From a virus (taxonomy: Duplodnaviria; Caudoviricetes), in IMG/VR virus record IMGVR_UViG_3300020045_008704, positions 1 through 32,988 of that record: a stretch of 32,988 bases of DNA. One strand, given 5' to 3'. The notes below the pieces were generated by a model, which saw only the letters and a program-made list of their open reading frames with translations, did no database searches and was not told where the DNA came from. Of the stretch, positions 16,841 through 25,003 are shown in pieces. The translations under genes and the position numbers were made by a program. Every line of letters begins with the position of its first letter. The stretch's first letter is position 1.

Positions 16841-17266
16841 ATTCGTAGGCATAGTGAGAGTAAAATTGCCCGCTGTAACCGTTTGCGATCCGAAAGTAAA
16901 AGTCCCGACAGCGTTTTTACCTGCAGCCGTATCATTATATATCGTCAGCGCGTCGAATGCAGTTGCCAAAGTTACGGTAGTCCAAACGAGCGATGCACTA
17001 GGTGTCCAAAATGCAGTCGTGCCTGTAGACGTAGGCGCCGTAGCATTAGTTACAGCCGCTCCCCCTGCGGTATACCCCGTGCCCGATACCTCATTTGTTG
17101 CAGAATACGCTGTAGTTCCTGCTCCTTGAGATCCAGTAGCTACGTAAAGCGCACCTTTAAAGGAGTCTTTTGTTGTCGCGGCGCGAACAACGGTAGTGCC
17201 GAAGGCATGAAGTCCGTTTAGGAGATCAACTTTAAAACTGGTAGATAAAGCTTGCGAATTAGCCAT
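16808..17266 (-). CDS. Phage structural (tail fibre-associated) protein (152 aa)
   Basis: MANSQALSTSFK.DLL.G.H.F...FKGALY...TTAYSATNEVSGTGYTAGG...FTLTMP pattern; AGGA RBS. Confidence 0.75.
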   Translation of the reverse strand: MANSQALSTSFKVDLLNGLHAFGTTVVRAATTKDSFKGALYVATGSQGAGTTAYSATNEVSGTGYTAGGAAVTNATAPTSTGTTAFWTPSASLVWTTVTLATAFDALTIYNDTAAGKNAVGTFTFGSQTVTAGNFTLTMPTNDATTGLIRLA

Positions 17267-17285
17267 GATATTGTCCTGTCAATTT

Positions 17286-17498
17286 TTACGAAAATACACT
17301 TTGTTCACCTAGCACAGCCAACGCTTTTTTAACATAGACGTGCGCACTTGATTTAACCAATTCATCCCCTAAATAATAATTTTCCATAAATTTAAGATAA
17401 TCTTCTGCGTCTTCCCATCCTGTTTCATACCGCAATTCATTTACAGGAAGGTTGCCTTTTATCGTCCAAATTAAGGGTGTGTTTATATTTTGGGTCAT
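17286..17498 (-). CDS. Hypothetical phage protein (70 aa)
   Basis: Start moved to the ATG at 17498 behind a TAGGA RBS; the upstream ATG at 17540 overlaps a promoter-like element. Confidence 0.65.
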   Translation of the reverse strand: MTQNINTPLIWTIKGNLPVNELRYETGWEDAEDYLKFMENYYLGDELVKSSAHVYVKKALAVLGEQSVFS

Positions 17499-17530
17499 AG
17501 AAATCCTATTAGGTATCTTAATATCCCGGT

Positions 17531-17539
17531 AGTATATCA
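17531..17539 (-). promoter_or_regulatory. Extended -10 promoter candidate TGaTATACT
   Basis: TGn-TATACT; two GGGTAG direct repeats lie just upstream on the minus strand. Confidence 0.45.
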
Positions 17540-17586
17540 TAATAATTTTAGCTACCCGAAAATCCGATTATCCTACCCAAACGAAG

Positions 17587-18255
17587 TTATTTGATAGCTC
17601 GCATAGCTCGTTTCCCTTTGAGATTATCTAATTGATATTGTAGATCCCGGATATCATCATTTTGGTGTTCTTGAACCTTTTCAAACTTGTCTAAAATCGT
17701 TCGGACGCTCGAAAATTCAGCTTCCATATTTCGGTAAGCATTCAAGCTTTTATTAAGCTCAGGGTACAATGCGGCTTGCGCTTGCGCAGTGGCCGTCAAA
17801 CCCACTACCGTTAGCCTCAAATTATCTACTACTTGGTAGCCGTAGGCTCCGGCACCACCGACAAACGTTGCCGTTATCCCTACTATCCAAATAAGAACTC
17901 GTAAAGATCCCCGACTGGAAGTCACAATATCATGATACTCCAATAACTCTTTTGCATTCGCTGCCAGTTGTTTTTGCAATTCGTTTACCCGTCCTGCGTG
18001 TAACTGTATCTCTTTTTGTAACGACTGCTCTAAAACGCTAATGCCTTTTATTATCCCTGTTGTCTGATTGGTAAGAAATTGTAGTACTTGTAACCGATTG
18101 CGTTCTTTTACGTCGTTCTCTTCCAGGATCATCTTTTCGATGTCCGCGAGTTTAGTATCAGATTGCCGTTGATTATAGTCCGATGACATCATTACTCCTG
18201 CATTTTCTGCTTTTTCTATCAATAGGGGGCATCCCAAACAATCGGAATTGTACAT
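17587..18255 (-). CDS. Coiled-coil protein with one transmembrane helix (possibly lysis-associated)
   Basis: Hydrophobic VLIWIVGITATFVGGAGAYGY flanked by heptad-rich segments; follows the spanin genes. Confidence 0.6.
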   Translation of the reverse strand: MYNSDCLGCPLLIEKAENAGVMMSSDYNQRQSDTKLADIEKMILEENDVKERNRLQVLQFLTNQTTGIIKGISVLEQSLQKEIQLHAGRVNELQKQLAANAKELLEYHDIVTSSRGSLRVLIWIVGITATFVGGAGAYGYQVVDNLRLTVVGLTATAQAQAALYPELNKSLNAYRNMEAEFSSVRTILDKFEKVQEHQNDDIRDLQYQLDNLKGKRAMRAIK

Positions 18256-18265
18256 GTCCCTATCA

Positions 18266-18436
18266 TTATTCAGTGTCTAATTGGAAAGCTACCCTACGAT
18301 ACTCAGACATTCGGAGAGTATCAAGTCGAAAAATAGTATCCGCTAATTCCTTCGCACGATCCGCATTTTCTGCGTATAGATCGATACCAAAAATAGGCTC
18401 GTCTTCCTGATAATATATAACTTTATATTTTTGCAT
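18266..18436 (-). CDS. Small hypothetical protein (56 aa), not in the ORF track
   Basis: MQKYKVIYYQEDEPIFGIDLYAENADRAKELADTIF...; AAGGA RBS; fills the gap; followed by TAA TGA TAG. Confidence 0.6.
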   Translation of the reverse strand: MQKYKVIYYQEDEPIFGIDLYAENADRAKELADTIFRLDTLRMSEYRRVAFQLDTE

Positions 18437-18458
18437 CTAGCATTCCTTAACTATCTAG

Positions 18459-18989
18459 TCATTCACAAATGACGTTAGGGTTTTTACAGAGCTGATTAAT
18501 TTCTTTTACGGTTTCTTCAACCCAGATGCCGATGAGTTGATCCCGTTTGATTCGGGAGTTAATAAAATCCTGAAACTCTCGGCTAAATCCGGACTCATCT
18601 CCTTGGGGGGCGTTCTTATAAATTTCGATAGCGCTATCTTTGGGCAAGGAGCTTGGACTACCTCCCCCACATAGGCTTCTTTGGTGCAACCGACTAACGG
18701 AATTATTAAGATCCACGGTCGTAGCCGTGAGTTTATGAACCTGATCAACTTTTTCATTATATTCGTCCTGGATAAAACTAGCGTAAGCCCGCGATTTAGC
18801 CGTTTCTACGGCGGCCTCTTGCGTCTTGGTGTTTAACAATTTTTCAGCCACGTCTTTTTGGGATGATAGCGCTTTTTCGTATTTATCTTCGGCTCTGGTA
18901 TACCCGTTATAATCTATAAAGTAAATAACAGCGCTTAAAGACCCCAGGATTAAAACCCATTTAATTAACGCCGCATACTCCCCGAACAT
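18459..18989 (-). CDS. Rz: Inner-membrane spanin (Rz-like)
   Basis: Single N-terminal TM helix followed by coiled coil; downstream of the endolysin; contains an embedded lipoprotein ORF. Confidence 0.75.
   Translation of the reverse strand: MFGEYAALIKWVLILGSLSAVIYFIDYNGYTRAEDKYEKALSSQKDVAEKLLNTKTQEAAVETAKSRAYASFIQDEYNEKVDQVHKLTATTVDLNNSVSRLHQRSLCGGGSPSSLPKDSAIEIYKNAPQGDESGFSREFQDFINSRIKRDQLIGIWVEETVKEINQLCKNPNVICE
18506..18757 (-). CDS. Rz1: Outer-membrane spanin lipoprotein (Rz1-like), embedded in the +1 frame of Rz
   Basis: Basic N-terminus, hydrophobic stretch, lipobox LVG|C at Cys24, Pro-rich mature part with a second Cys. Confidence 0.75.
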   Translation of the reverse strand: MKKLIRFINSRLRPWILIIPLVGCTKEAYVGEVVQAPCPKIALSKFIRTPPKEMSPDLAESFRILLTPESNGINSSASGLKKP

Positions 18990-19142
18990 TTACTTTTCCT
19001 CGAAATAGAATGTACTGTGGCCACTAAACAGGCTGCGCCCCCCATTAGCGTTAATATAGGATATATTTCTAGCTGGTAGTAATAAAATCCCTCTAAAATT
19101 AAAAAGACAATAATGCTGTAAGTACTCATATCCGGTTTCCAT
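18990..19142 (-). CDS. Small hypothetical protein (50 aa, METGYEYLQHY...)
   Basis: Stop abuts the Rz start; ATG 5 nt after the upstream stop; weak RBS. Confidence 0.4.
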   Translation of the reverse strand: METGYEYLQHYCLFNFRGILLLPARNISYINANGGRSLFSGHSTFYFEEK

Positions 19143-19147
19143 CGCTA

Positions 19148-19315
19148 TTATTTTCCAGTGTGGCAGTATGTTATAAACCGCTGCCACCAAGCTTTATATT
19201 CGGCTAGTTCTTTTTCATCCTTCTGCAGTTCCCATTTCTTAACCGCTATAAGTCTCTCCGCCCAATAAACTATTGCATAATAGTTATGGGGCTCGTACAT
19301 CGTCTTTAAATCCAT
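19148..19315 (-). CDS. Small hypothetical protein (55 aa, MDLKTMYEPHNYYAIVYWAERL...), not in the ORF track
   Basis: TGATG overlap with the endolysin stop and GGAG RBS. Confidence 0.55.
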   Translation of the reverse strand: MDLKTMYEPHNYYAIVYWAERLIAVKKWELQKDEKELAEYKAWWQRFITYCHTGK

Positions 19316-19860
19316 CAAAGCTCCGTTAAAGCTGCCGTGTAGTATTTCCGGCGCTCTGTTAAACCTTTCGTCCCACCATTAATACGCTTGGTTATCAATA
19401 AAAAATTTCCAACATCCGCTAACTCATTAAGTCCATGCGTTTTCCAAAAACAAGCCGCGATTTTAAAAGCGACTTCCGGGTCAGAAGCTTGTTCAGGATT
19501 AACTTCTAAATCCAGTCCTAACAGTTCACTATATTTTTGGTAATTAGCTCGCCCCGTTAATTGTATCGCCCCTCGACCTCTATACTTTTTTCCATCCCCT
19601 TCTTGAATATTGCCTAATTCTATCGCTTTTTTATTTGGGTATTCATACCGTTTTTGCGCTTCGGTAGGCCCCCAAATTTCACGCATCCACCTAAATACCC
19701 CTGTCTCATGCCCAATCTGTGCTAAGAATGCGGCTGCACGTAATTTAGTATTTATCTCGAATTCGCGCATAGCCGTATTTATATACGGTAAATACTTATC
19801 CCCTAACTCTTTTGTGAGTGTAGGAAATATCTTAAAAAACTGCTCTTTTGTTATTTCCAT
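19315..19860 (-). CDS. Endolysin, glycoside hydrolase family 19
   Basis: AAFLAQIGHETG, LGNIQEGDGKKYRGRGAIQLTGRANY, ITKRINGG motifs. Confidence 0.93.
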   Translation of the reverse strand: MEITKEQFFKIFPTLTKELGDKYLPYINTAMREFEINTKLRAAAFLAQIGHETGVFRWMREIWGPTEAQKRYEYPNKKAIELGNIQEGDGKKYRGRGAIQLTGRANYQKYSELLGLDLEVNPEQASDPEVAFKIAACFWKTHGLNELADVGNFLLITKRINGGTKGLTERRKYYTAALTEL

Positions 19861-19862
19861 CG

Positions 19863-20042
19863 TTAACGCCCCGTTTCTGAGAATTGAATTTCATCCCAAT
19901 TATCCGGAAGTCTCGGATCTTCAGTCTCTACCATAATAGATACTAAGGCTCTTGCTACTCGTTCAGTGTCCGCATCCAGTATAAGATTCCCTTTATAGGA
20001 AGGTATCCCCTTATACAAAAATTGCACAGTGAATTGTTTCAC
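19863..20042 (-). CDS. Small hypothetical protein (59 aa, MKQFTVQFLYKGIPSYKG...), not in the ORF track
   Basis: GTGA overlap with the holin-candidate stop; ends 2 nt before the endolysin start. Confidence 0.55.
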   Translation of the reverse strand: MKQFTVQFLYKGIPSYKGNLILDADTERVARALVSIMVETEDPRLPDNWDEIQFSETGR

Positions 20043-20326
20043 AACTTAGGCGCTTTATTCAACCCACTGTCTGCTGTATACCCTGCGGTGACAGCCCCTA
20101 CAATGTCGGATAGAGAGAAATGCCACCCCGTAGTATGCAGTAAGCTAAGACCTATCTCGGCAAAAAAAATAGCCGTTAAAGCATGAAACGTTGCTTTTTT
20201 TTCTAGGAAAAGATACTCCGTGAGACTGCATGCCGTAGTTCCATCGTAATACCGTTTTTTCAAATAGTGCCCGGATCCGCCCAGAGCTCCGAGGATTAGA
20301 TAAATAAGCGCTATCATGTAGTCCAT
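20039..20326 (-). CDS. Holin candidate (95 aa, 2-3 hydrophobic segments)
   Basis: Size, hydrophobicity, basic C-terminus and position upstream of the endolysin. Confidence 0.55.
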   Translation of the reverse strand: MDYMIALIYLILGALGGSGHYLKKRYYDGTTACSLTEYLFLEKKATFHALTAIFFAEIGLSLLHTTGWHFSLSDIVGAVTAGYTADSGLNKAPKL

Positions 20327-20329
20327 AAA

Positions 20330-20653
20330 TTACCTTTTCGTTCTCTTACAATTAAAAACTTGGCGAGTTGGTGTAGAATTTTTCGGAGTGCAAAATAATT
20401 TTTTACCTAAAGAAGTATTTTCTATTCTGTCTTTTCTCAAAGATTCCAAAGGTGTCTGATACTGCATATTGACAGGCGCATCCAGACCCCCGTTGAATAA
20501 ACTACAAACGTGATCCACAATAAACCCCTCTCGGCCATGAGGGTAGCCATTCATTACGTCAAATTTATGCTTTATCGCAGAATTTCGACAAGTTGAAAAT
20601 CCACTTAGCGAAAAACTTAACAGAATTATGGCCAATACTGTTCGGTTTACCAT
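20330..20653 (-). CDS. HNH-like protein with an N-terminal signal peptide
   Basis: GFIVDHVCSLFNGGLDAPVNMQYQT...KDRIE; N-terminus MVNRTVLAIILLSFSLSGFS. Confidence 0.65.
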   Translation of the reverse strand: MVNRTVLAIILLSFSLSGFSTCRNSAIKHKFDVMNGYPHGREGFIVDHVCSLFNGGLDAPVNMQYQTPLESLRKDRIENTSLGKKLFCTPKNSTPTRQVFNCKRTKR

Positions 20654-20656
20654 TTT

Positions 20657-21352
20657 TTAGCCCACAGTCATATCTAAGGGGACATCTGTTTGGCGTTCCC
20701 TTAGTACTACTGCGGGTAGCCGTGGCCCAAAACGCTCTTCGAACCTAGCAAATTCTCTGTCTGATTTTTTCTCATTGAAAGTATCCGCATCCCGTTTCAA
20801 ATACGCTAAGGCCGTTATCCCATAGATTAAATCTGGATGCCAGATCTCATCGATCTCCGGAACATCTCCGTCAGATTCCAACAAAACGGGTAGGCGTAAT
20901 ACATCCATATACGCAGTATCCGCTTTAGTTGGCGCGCCAATGAAAGTGATAGACCGTACAAAAATACCCGCATCATCCCCCGTACCAGCTTGTGTTTGAT
21001 CCAACGCATAAGAATAGGGTGTCCCATCGAAGACCGGACGGCCCCCGTAGTATTGCTCGTGTCGCCTAAAGCTGGTACGAGTAAGAGAAACTTGGGGTAG
21101 TAAACCCAAATAAACTGATTTAACCGATAAAATACCGCTGGGCAGCGCGTACTTGGAGTTCCACGTCAAATCAACTTTTTGAGTAAAAGGAATAGGGATA
21201 TCATCCTGGACAACTAAGTTAGCGCGTAAACAAGCATCCCTTACGGTATCATTAATGATATCCAATAGCTCTAAATCTGACCACAGATAAGGAGCTACAA
21301 GATCATCGAGGCGCGAACGCGCTCTTCTACGAATATCGGCGAGTGTCAACAT
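20657..21352 (-). CDS. Head-tail adaptor protein
   Basis: MLTLADIRRRARSRLDD...YLWSDLELL..IN...PEIDEIWH..LIY...AYLKRDADTF pattern; position after the capsid genes. Confidence 0.7.
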   Translation of the reverse strand: MLTLADIRRRARSRLDDLVAPYLWSDLELLDIINDTVRDACLRANLVVQDDIPIPFTQKVDLTWNSKYALPSGILSVKSVYLGLLPQVSLTRTSFRRHEQYYGGRPVFDGTPYSYALDQTQAGTGDDAGIFVRSITFIGAPTKADTAYMDVLRLPVLLESDGDVPEIDEIWHPDLIYGITALAYLKRDADTFNEKKSDREFARFEERFGPRLPAVVLRERQTDVPLDMTVG

Positions 21353-21398
21353 AATCTTTAATACATTAAAGGCCGATCAAGCTACCGGCATCGCGTGT

Positions 21399-21710
21399 TT
21401 AGATTGATTCGCTATCCGCAGTGGGCGTAGCTTCAGATTCAACAACTGCTTCAGGGACATCATCTGCCACGAGTTCGCTCACCACTTCAGGAGTAACGTC
21501 AGCAGGCTCAACGGCTTTAGATTTTAGTTGCTTTGCGAGCATGATCCCTGCTTTTGAAGTCGATAAAATGCTAAAGTTACCCATAGCATCCTTAAAAACT
21601 TCTACCCCGGAATGCGTAAATGCACACCCATCCTGAAAGAAGAAAGGTTCATGGTCTTGAACGATGCCGTGGGCGTGGTCATAGGGTTTGTCTCGGTTTA
21701 AAACAGCCAT
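21399..21710 (-). CDS. Hypothetical protein (103 aa, MAVLNRDKPY...)
   Basis: Start moved to 21710 (GGAG RBS; removes the overlap with the 79-aa gene); acidic tail. Confidence 0.65.
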   Translation of the reverse strand: MAVLNRDKPYDHAHGIVQDHEPFFFQDGCAFTHSGVEVFKDAMGNFSILSTSKAGIMLAKQLKSKAVEPADVTPEVVSELVADDVPEAVVESEATPTADSESI

Positions 21711-21714
21711 TTGT

Positions 21715-21954
21715 TTAGTTCTCCAGTCTATTTTTTGAGCGCACTTTTGACATATACCGCGTTTCTTCAGTTTCATAGCGCTGGCCTTGTCCGTAGTCCG
21801 TACCCGCCGATGTATCATACCAGAGAGAAGACCCCGTGGGGCCAGACGCGCTACCTTCACAGATATATCCAGTTTGCAAAGAATCACCCATCTCTTCAGT
21901 AGGTGATTCTTCGCTCCTTAATCCGATAACTGCACTTACTCGGATTGAGTTCAT
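21715..21954 (-). CDS. Hypothetical protein (79 aa)
   Basis: Packs with 3-4 bp gaps on both sides. Confidence 0.6.
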   Translation of the reverse strand: MNSIRVSAVIGLRSEESPTEEMGDSLQTGYICEGSASGPTGSSLWYDTSAGTDYGQGQRYETEETRYMSKVRSKNRLEN

Positions 21955-21957
21955 GGC

Positions 21958-22209
21958 CTAGTACCGGAACTTAAAATCTTTACCGTTCTTGGAACCAGCG
22001 GCCTCGTCTATGCACTCTTGACGAAAAACATTGTTGTTAGTCTGCTGTTGCGACTGAACGGTGCCACGAGTAAGATTTTCCACCATACCAAGACCTGATT
22101 CAACCCCCGCTTTTAACCCAGAATTCGGGAATTTACGAGTATCTTTCATGTCGTTTGCTTTGTCCACGTCAAAATCGTGAACATTGTCTCTACCTGCATA
22201 ACTGCCCAT
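21958..22209 (-). CDS. Hypothetical protein (83 aa)
   Basis: GGAGA RBS; tight packing. Confidence 0.65.
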   Translation of the reverse strand: MGSYAGRDNVHDFDVDKANDMKDTRKFPNSGLKAGVESGLGMVENLTRGTVQSQQQTNNNVFRQECIDEAAGSKNGKDFKFRY

Positions 22210-22264
22210 AGCAATCTCCGCTTAAATGTAATGTTCTATAGAGCTTAAAAACTCTATAAGTATT

Positions 22265-22705
22265 TTAGAACCAAGCCAAAGTAATTTCGGCTACTGCAGC
22301 TCCTGCAGGCGTACCACCAGTATTAGCAGTAAAAGTTATCAAGACCGGGCCAAGAGCTTCAATAGCGGGTTGCGAAACGCTTATCGCTGCTGGGTTAGAA
22401 GCACCTGTTAAGTCAATAACGGGGATTAACGGATTAACGCCCTTATTGAATTGCGTGGTAAATCCTACAGTAGATCCTGCCGCAGTTGTGCCGAATGATA
22501 ACGATCCGCCAACGCTAAGGTTGTTAGTCACGCCTACAGCCAACGTCGCAGCAGTTGTTACCGCGTTATAAGTTGTCGTTACTGAAGCTTGAATGTCAAC
22601 TACTCGACACTGTGTAACCCCTGGAGGTGGAGACACCGCCCAAGTAGCGTTAGTGACCGCAGTAGACCGAGTGTAGGTCACGAATTTAGGGTTTGAATAG
22701 GCCAT
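22265..22705 (-). CDS. Putative capsid decoration / minor head protein (146 aa)
   Basis: Immediately after the capsid gene; GAGGA RBS; Thr/Ala/Val-rich beta composition. Confidence 0.55.
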   Translation of the reverse strand: MAYSNPKFVTYTRSTAVTNATWAVSPPPGVTQCRVVDIQASVTTTYNAVTTAATLAVGVTNNLSVGGSLSFGTTAAGSTVGFTTQFNKGVNPLIPVIDLTGASNPAAISVSQPAIEALGPVLITFTANTGGTPAGAAVAEITLAWF

Positions 22706-22736
22706 CTTATTGTCCTCAATTAAAATCTGTTGGTGA

Positions 22737-22760
22737 AGCCCGCCTTATCACATGCGGGCT
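22737..22760 (-). terminator. GC-rich hairpin after the capsid gene (weak terminator or mRNA stabiliser)
   Basis: AGCCCGC-10 nt-GCGGGCT; only a short U tract. Confidence 0.4.
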
Positions 22761-22773
22761 AGTATACCGTAAT

Positions 22774-23784
22774 TTACGCGGCGCTGTCCCATTTGATTAC
22801 ACGGGCGTCTGCTGCGTTCGGATGACTTAGACCAAAACCTTCCAGCGCGTACCAAGCGATACCGCGACCGCGACCGTAATCGTCCGGGATCTTACCGCGA
22901 ATTTCTTCAGGAATCGCGATACCTTCAGCAACGGTGTCCGCACCCATGAAGAAAATCCAATCGGATTTCGCGTTGTTCCAAACGTCGGCCGTGCCTGTTT
23001 GAGCGTTAAACGTAACGGAGTCAGCGGCGCCACCTGCAGGAATGTGAGTTTGTTCGATAAAGCGGATACCGCGATAGCGTCCGATTTCACCATTCTTGAT
23101 TTGGGCTAAACCTGTTTCTGTGTAGGTTTGAATACCTTCCAGATCAGATTTTAACTGTACAAAAGTAGAAGGGCGAGCCACTGCTAAGTAGTCCCCCGCT
23201 TCATAAGCTGGGATACCCCGTTCTTTCATCAACGTAGATATCGGCTCTACGTGACCTTTACCAAAAGCGATGTTATTAGTAACTGTCGCGGTACCGTTAG
23301 TTATCAGCGCGTCTAAGGCCGTGGTGCTGTTTCCGCCTAATGGAGATACTCTCAACGGAGTCTGGTTGAACTGCGCCCAGGCTGCTACGTCAAAAGTTTC
23401 AGCCACGTCGATCTTCAACAGCTTGCGGATGATCTCTTTGATCGGTTGCTCGGAAAGATCGTCCAGTTTTCCGGTGTACGGTACCGCTTGACCATATTCA
23501 GTCATCGTGCCTGAATATTGTGCAACTTTGAAACCGCTTTCCGGCATTCTTTCAGTTTCGTCCAACGCACGGCCTTTAACAGCCAATTTGTTATAGACGT
23601 TCCAATACCATTTTTCGCCACGGGATTTGCCAACCAGAGGTTTACCATCAGCATCGTTTTCTCTTACGTCGCACAACTGGCGCCATTTTACAACAGGCAA
23701 GTTTTGCAAACGCAGATAATCAGATAAGTTGGGAGCCCACATGTATCCGCCTTCATCGGCTACTGACCAGATTTGACCACTCAT
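22774..23784 (-). CDS. Major capsid protein, N4-gp56-like (HK97 fold)
   Basis: EYGQAV.YTGKLDDLS, GEIGRYRGIRFIE, DDYGRGRGIAWYALEGFG motifs; follows the scaffold gene. Confidence 0.88.
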   Translation of the reverse strand: MSGQIWSVADEGGYMWAPNLSDYLRLQNLPVVKWRQLCDVRENDADGKPLVGKSRGEKWYWNVYNKLAVKGRALDETERMPESGFKVAQYSGTMTEYGQAVPYTGKLDDLSEQPIKEIIRKLLKIDVAETFDVAAWAQFNQTPLRVSPLGGNSTTALDALITNGTATVTNNIAFGKGHVEPISTLMKERGIPAYEAGDYLAVARPSTFVQLKSDLEGIQTYTETGLAQIKNGEIGRYRGIRFIEQTHIPAGGAADSVTFNAQTGTADVWNNAKSDWIFFMGADTVAEGIAIPEEIRGKIPDDYGRGRGIAWYALEGFGLSHPNAADARVIKWDSAA

Positions 23785-23807
23785 ATTTTTTCACCTACTT
23801 GTTTCGT

Positions 23808-23849
23808 GGAAGTCATACTTCCTATTGGTTTATAGCCGCCGACTGGCGG
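23808..23849 (-). promoter_or_regulatory. Two hairpins in the capsid gene leader
   Basis: CCGCC-agtc-GGCGG and GGAAGT-atg-ACTTCC upstream of the TAGGTG RBS. Confidence 0.4.
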
Positions 23850-23864
23850 AGTTAAATAAGCTCT

Positions 23865-24914
23865 TTACGCTTGTCCGCGTTTTTCTTTCATGAGCTGAAT
23901 GGCATCAGCTCGCGTCGGAACTTTCGGCGGCGCGGTTTCTTCTTTTCGCGCATTAGCACTAGGCAAAGTTACAATTTTGCGTTTATTTGCCATGCGGTCT
24001 TCCATTGGCGGAATCATTTCTGCTGCCGGAGGTTCCATCGGTGCTTCCATTTCTGCTGCCGGAGGTTCCATCGGTGCTTCCATTTCTGCTGCCGGAGGTT
24101 CCATCGGTGCTTCCATTTCTGCTGCCGGAGGCTCTATCTTTGGTGCCACGGGATACAGATCAACTACCGCTTGTTTTAAGGCTTCAGATGCGGACATCCC
24201 TTCTTGGCGATAGACATCTGACAATGCCATAACTTTACTAGCGGGTAAGCCATCTTCTCCTAACTCGGGATGCTCGGCTACCAAAGCATTAGCCGTATCG
24301 ACATAAGCCTGTGCTTCCTGTTCTGCTTGGGCTGTGCTTTTAGTACGATGTACGTTTTCAGCATAGCGATGTTCTTTTAACTGATAGTACAGTTCTTTAG
24401 CTTGCTGAATGTCCCCGAAAGCCAGCGCCTCATGATACTTATCAACCAATTCGTCATGTGATTCGCCTTCAGGCGGAGTGTATTCCCCGACGGGTTGCAT
24501 GACTTGTTGGTGCCCAGGCTCTTTAGCCTCTTCTTTAGCAAATTGCTCAATGGCGCCAGAATCGCTATGCTCCGGTTCCATCGCTTCTTCCTCAGCGAAT
24601 TTCTCAATTGCCGTTTCAGGTTCTTCAATTACGGCTTCAGGGGCATCTTCAACGACTGCTTCCAGTTCCTTGTTTGCTTCTGCGACGATCCCGCCTTCAT
24701 CTTCTGTTGCGGCTTCATTACTAACCGCAGGACTTTCTGGTTCTGGCGCTGCGCCTTCCGCTTCGGCATCTAGCGGTTTACCCGCATTACGATTAGAACT
24801 GCGACGACCGGCACGCATACGCGCCTTGTTATTATCGTCTTTCAAGTAATCTTTTTTAAATTCCGGTGCGGGTTCGCTCACGCCTTCATCTTTAATATTT
24901 TCTTCATCGTTCAT
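23865..24914 (-). CDS. Capsid scaffolding protein (acidic, 349 aa)
   Basis: Glu/Ala/Pro-rich, helical, basic C-terminus (MKEKRGQA); directly upstream of the capsid gene. Confidence 0.75.
   Translation of the reverse strand: MNDEENIKDEGVSEPAPEFKKDYLKDDNNKARMRAGRRSSNRNAGKPLDAEAEGAAPEPESPAVSNEAATEDEGGIVAEANKELEAVVEDAPEAVIEEPETAIEKFAEEEAMEPEHSDSGAIEQFAKEEAKEPGHQQVMQPVGEYTPPEGESHDELVDKYHEALAFGDIQQAKELYYQLKEHRYAENVHRTKSTAQAEQEAQAYVDTANALVAEHPELGEDGLPASKVMALSDVYRQEGMSASEALKQAVVDLYPVAPKIEPPAAEMEAPMEPPAAEMEAPMEPPAAEMEAPMEPPAAEMIPPMEDRMANKRKIVTLPSANARKEETAPPKVPTRADAIQLMKEKRGQA
24015..24131. repeat. In-frame perfect 33-bp tandem repeat, 3.5 copies (EPPAAEMEAPM)
   Basis: catttctgctgccggaggttccatcggtgcttc x3 plus a partial copy. 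Confidence 0.95.
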
Positions 24915-24971
24915 AATTTCAGTCCCGAGTTCGAGAAGGGTTAATACACAACACCACAGTTACTATAGTTC

Positions 24972-24999
24972 AATATCATGAGTGTATCTTAGGTGTCAA
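24972..24999 (-). promoter_or_regulatory. Sigma70-like promoter upstream of scaffold/capsid
   Basis: TTGACA-16 nt-GATATT in an 89-bp gap. Confidence 0.5.
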
Positions 25000-25003
25000 C
25001 TTT

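Noticed and set aside
18966-19130. Alternative hydrophobic ORF MSTYSIIVFLILEGF... as a holin
   Set aside because: Overlaps both the 50-aa ORF and the Rz start and has a weak RBS; cannot be preferred from sequence alone.
21711-21887. N-terminal extension of the 162-aa ORF
   Set aside because: Overlaps the better-packed 79-aa gene; a GGAG RBS supports a start at 21710.
22237-22258. Intrinsic terminator (TATAGAG/CTCTATA hairpin)
   Set aside because: AT-rich weak stem with no U tract on the coding strand.
24015-24131. CRISPR array (33-bp repeats)
   Set aside because: Head-to-tail repeats with no spacers, in frame within the scaffold gene.
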